Assembly (NCBI GenBank): GCA_964270895.1
Contig: OZ185435.1
Origin: Podarcis filfolensis
Taxonomy: Eukaryota
Length of the DNA: 64,000 bases
Direction: 5' to 3' (one strand)
Part shown: one piece after another, positions 62,588-64,000 of the stretch
How positions within the stretch are numbered: the first letter of the stretch is position 1
How the letters are laid out: every line of letters begins with the position of its first letter
Program-made: the position numbers and the translations under genes
Notes under the pieces: model-generated
Told to the model about the DNA's origin: nothing
Databases searched by the model: none
Seen by the model: only the letters and a program-made list of their open reading frames with translations

Positions 62588-62780
62588 GCAAGCATGCCAT
62601 CCCCAGTTTAGTGAAGAATTTGCCAGGGGGACAGCAAACGCCGGCTAAGAACCTCTCTGAAGATACTGTGGTCTCTGTGTTAAATACCATAAATGAGGTC
62701 ATTCTGGATAACTTGGAAGCAGCCAAGAAACTGCGGGAGACGCAAGGCATTGAGAAACTGGTGCTGATCAATAAATCTGG
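62588..62780 (+). CDS. CTNND1: p120-catenin exon 15
   Basis: TTCCTAG|GC; KHAIPSLVKNLPGGQQTPAKNLSEDTVVSVLNTINEVILDNLEAAKKLRETQGIEKLVLINKS; GG|GTGGGT. Confidence 0.97.
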
Positions 62781-62913
62781 GTGGGTGCAGCTCCCAAGGG
62801 GGTTAAGTAGAGGGTGCCTGCACAGATTCCTACAACCCCCCATCCTTCTCTTGGGAAGCTTATGGGCTGGGCTGTTTGTTCTTTTGTAATAATCTTCTGT
62901 TCTCTCCTCCTAG

Positions 62914-63028
62914 GAACCGCTCAGAGAGAGAAATCAGAGCAGCTGCTCTTGTACTGCAGACAATCTGGGGGTATAAGGAATTGCGGAAGCCACTGGAGAA
63001 GGAAGGATGGAAGAAGTCTGACTTCCAG
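62914..63028 (+). CDS. CTNND1: p120-catenin exon 16
   Basis: CTCCTAG|G; NRSEREIRAAALVLQTIWGYKELRKPLEKEGWKKSDFQ; CAG|GTATCT. Confidence 0.96.
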
Positions 63029-63975
63029 GTATCTGGGAGTTAAACCAGGGGTGGAATTTTCTGAAAACGCCAATGTTGAGCTTATCCACATGGATTTTTT
63101 TCTAATCCCCGCCTCACTCGCCAAGAAGAGAGTTCTCCCCACTTCAGTTCCACTAAAAACACAAACAATTCTCGCATGTTATGCAAAGTCTTAATATGTG
63201 TACAGACGTACACTCTAAGATTCCTAAAGTAAACAGCACATAAACAAAAAATACTGCACTGCATATAACTATACAAATACAGTTATATTAACATACAAAA
63301 TTATGCCGCAGAAATATAGCACAACGTGTGTTTTGACTTTTATACGTGTGACGGTGGGTTTCAACAAATGAGCCCCCCATCAGCAGAAAGGCTTTTGCAA
63401 TGGGGGGGTCCCCACACGCCCTCCTAATTGACACTGGAGAGGTCAGGGGAGCCCCCAGAACAGCATGTGGGGGAGGAGAGGGGGTGTCATTTTGACTGGC
63501 AAGCAGAAATCCTTCCCCCAATCAAACACTTGACATAGTGCAATGTTGTTTCTTTTGTATAATTTTGCATATAATTGGACTGGGTTCAGGCGCTTGATGC
63601 ACAAGGGTGGTCCAGTGTAAGAGCAAAGCTTGATGAGGTCAGAACTGCCAAAATTATGTACAAATCGGTTCAAAATGGATTCCTCCCTCGTCCAGCGTTC
63701 TCACCTCTACGCCACACTGTGTCGAAAGAGCAAAGGGTGAATCCAGCCTTTCAGTTGAAGGCCTAGGTTCTCAGGGCAGGCTGCATTCAACATCTGCGAA
63801 AGCTTGTTTCTGCAGCCCTGTCCTCTTTAATGGGTGTGTTTGTGTTGTGTTGGGGTGCACCCAGAGCCCCCATGGATGGCAGCCTATGCTTTGAAGTGCT
63901 GAGGAAATACTTAGGTAGCTAGGAACATCAGCACTAATGGCAGCTTAAATATACCGGCTGGTTCCTTCTTTTCAG

Positions 63976-64000
63976 GTGAACCGGAGTAACAGTGCTCGAA
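63976..64000 (+). CDS. CTNND1: p120-catenin exon 17 (partial, cut by the window end)
   Basis: CTTCTTTTCAG|GTG AAC CGG AGT AAC AGT GCT CGA (VNRSNSAR). Phase 0, as exon 16 requires; similar to human VNLNNASR. Confidence 0.8.

Larger units (their letters stand above)
12525..64000 (+). other. CTNND1: CTNND1 (catenin delta-1 / p120-catenin) gene span, 3' end beyond the window
   Basis: Fourteen complete GT-AG coding exons translate to a recognisable p120-catenin (MDDSEVESTASILASVKEQEAQFEKL..., ARM repeats WRQPELPEVIAMLGF...). Exon phases chain correctly: 195+72+159+533+464+184+118+154+18+69+128+151+193+115 = 2553 nt. Confidence 0.98.

Overview
Vertebrate (squamate, probably lacertid lizard) genomic DNA dominated by CTNND1 (p120-catenin) on the + strand. 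Exon numbers follow the human gene. The gene has a CpG-island promoter and non-coding exon 1 near 12.5 kb, non-coding exon 2 at 38755-38868, and coding exons 3-16 plus the start of exon 17, which the window end cuts off. Hand-splicing exons 3-16 gives 2553 nt (851 codons) with consistent phases, including the 18-nt microexon C. The rest is intronic or intergenic DNA rich in squamate repeats: L1, L2 and CR1 fragments, a Sauria SINE, tRNA-derived SINEs, hAT and Tc1/mariner-pogo-type MITEs with target-site duplications (TSDs), and microsatellites. There is one short N gap. The most notable extras are a decayed LSM3 retrocopy 1.3 kb upstream of the promoter, a tandem in-frame alternative donor after exon 3, a short uORF in exon 2, a perfect 64-bp (GT)n/(AC)n palindrome, and an unassigned CpG-retaining ~1.2 kb segment with only weak resemblance to viral proteins. 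I found no convincing new multi-gene system. Comparisons to human sequences come from memory and need checking by alignment. Nearly all short ORFs in the supplied track are spurious.
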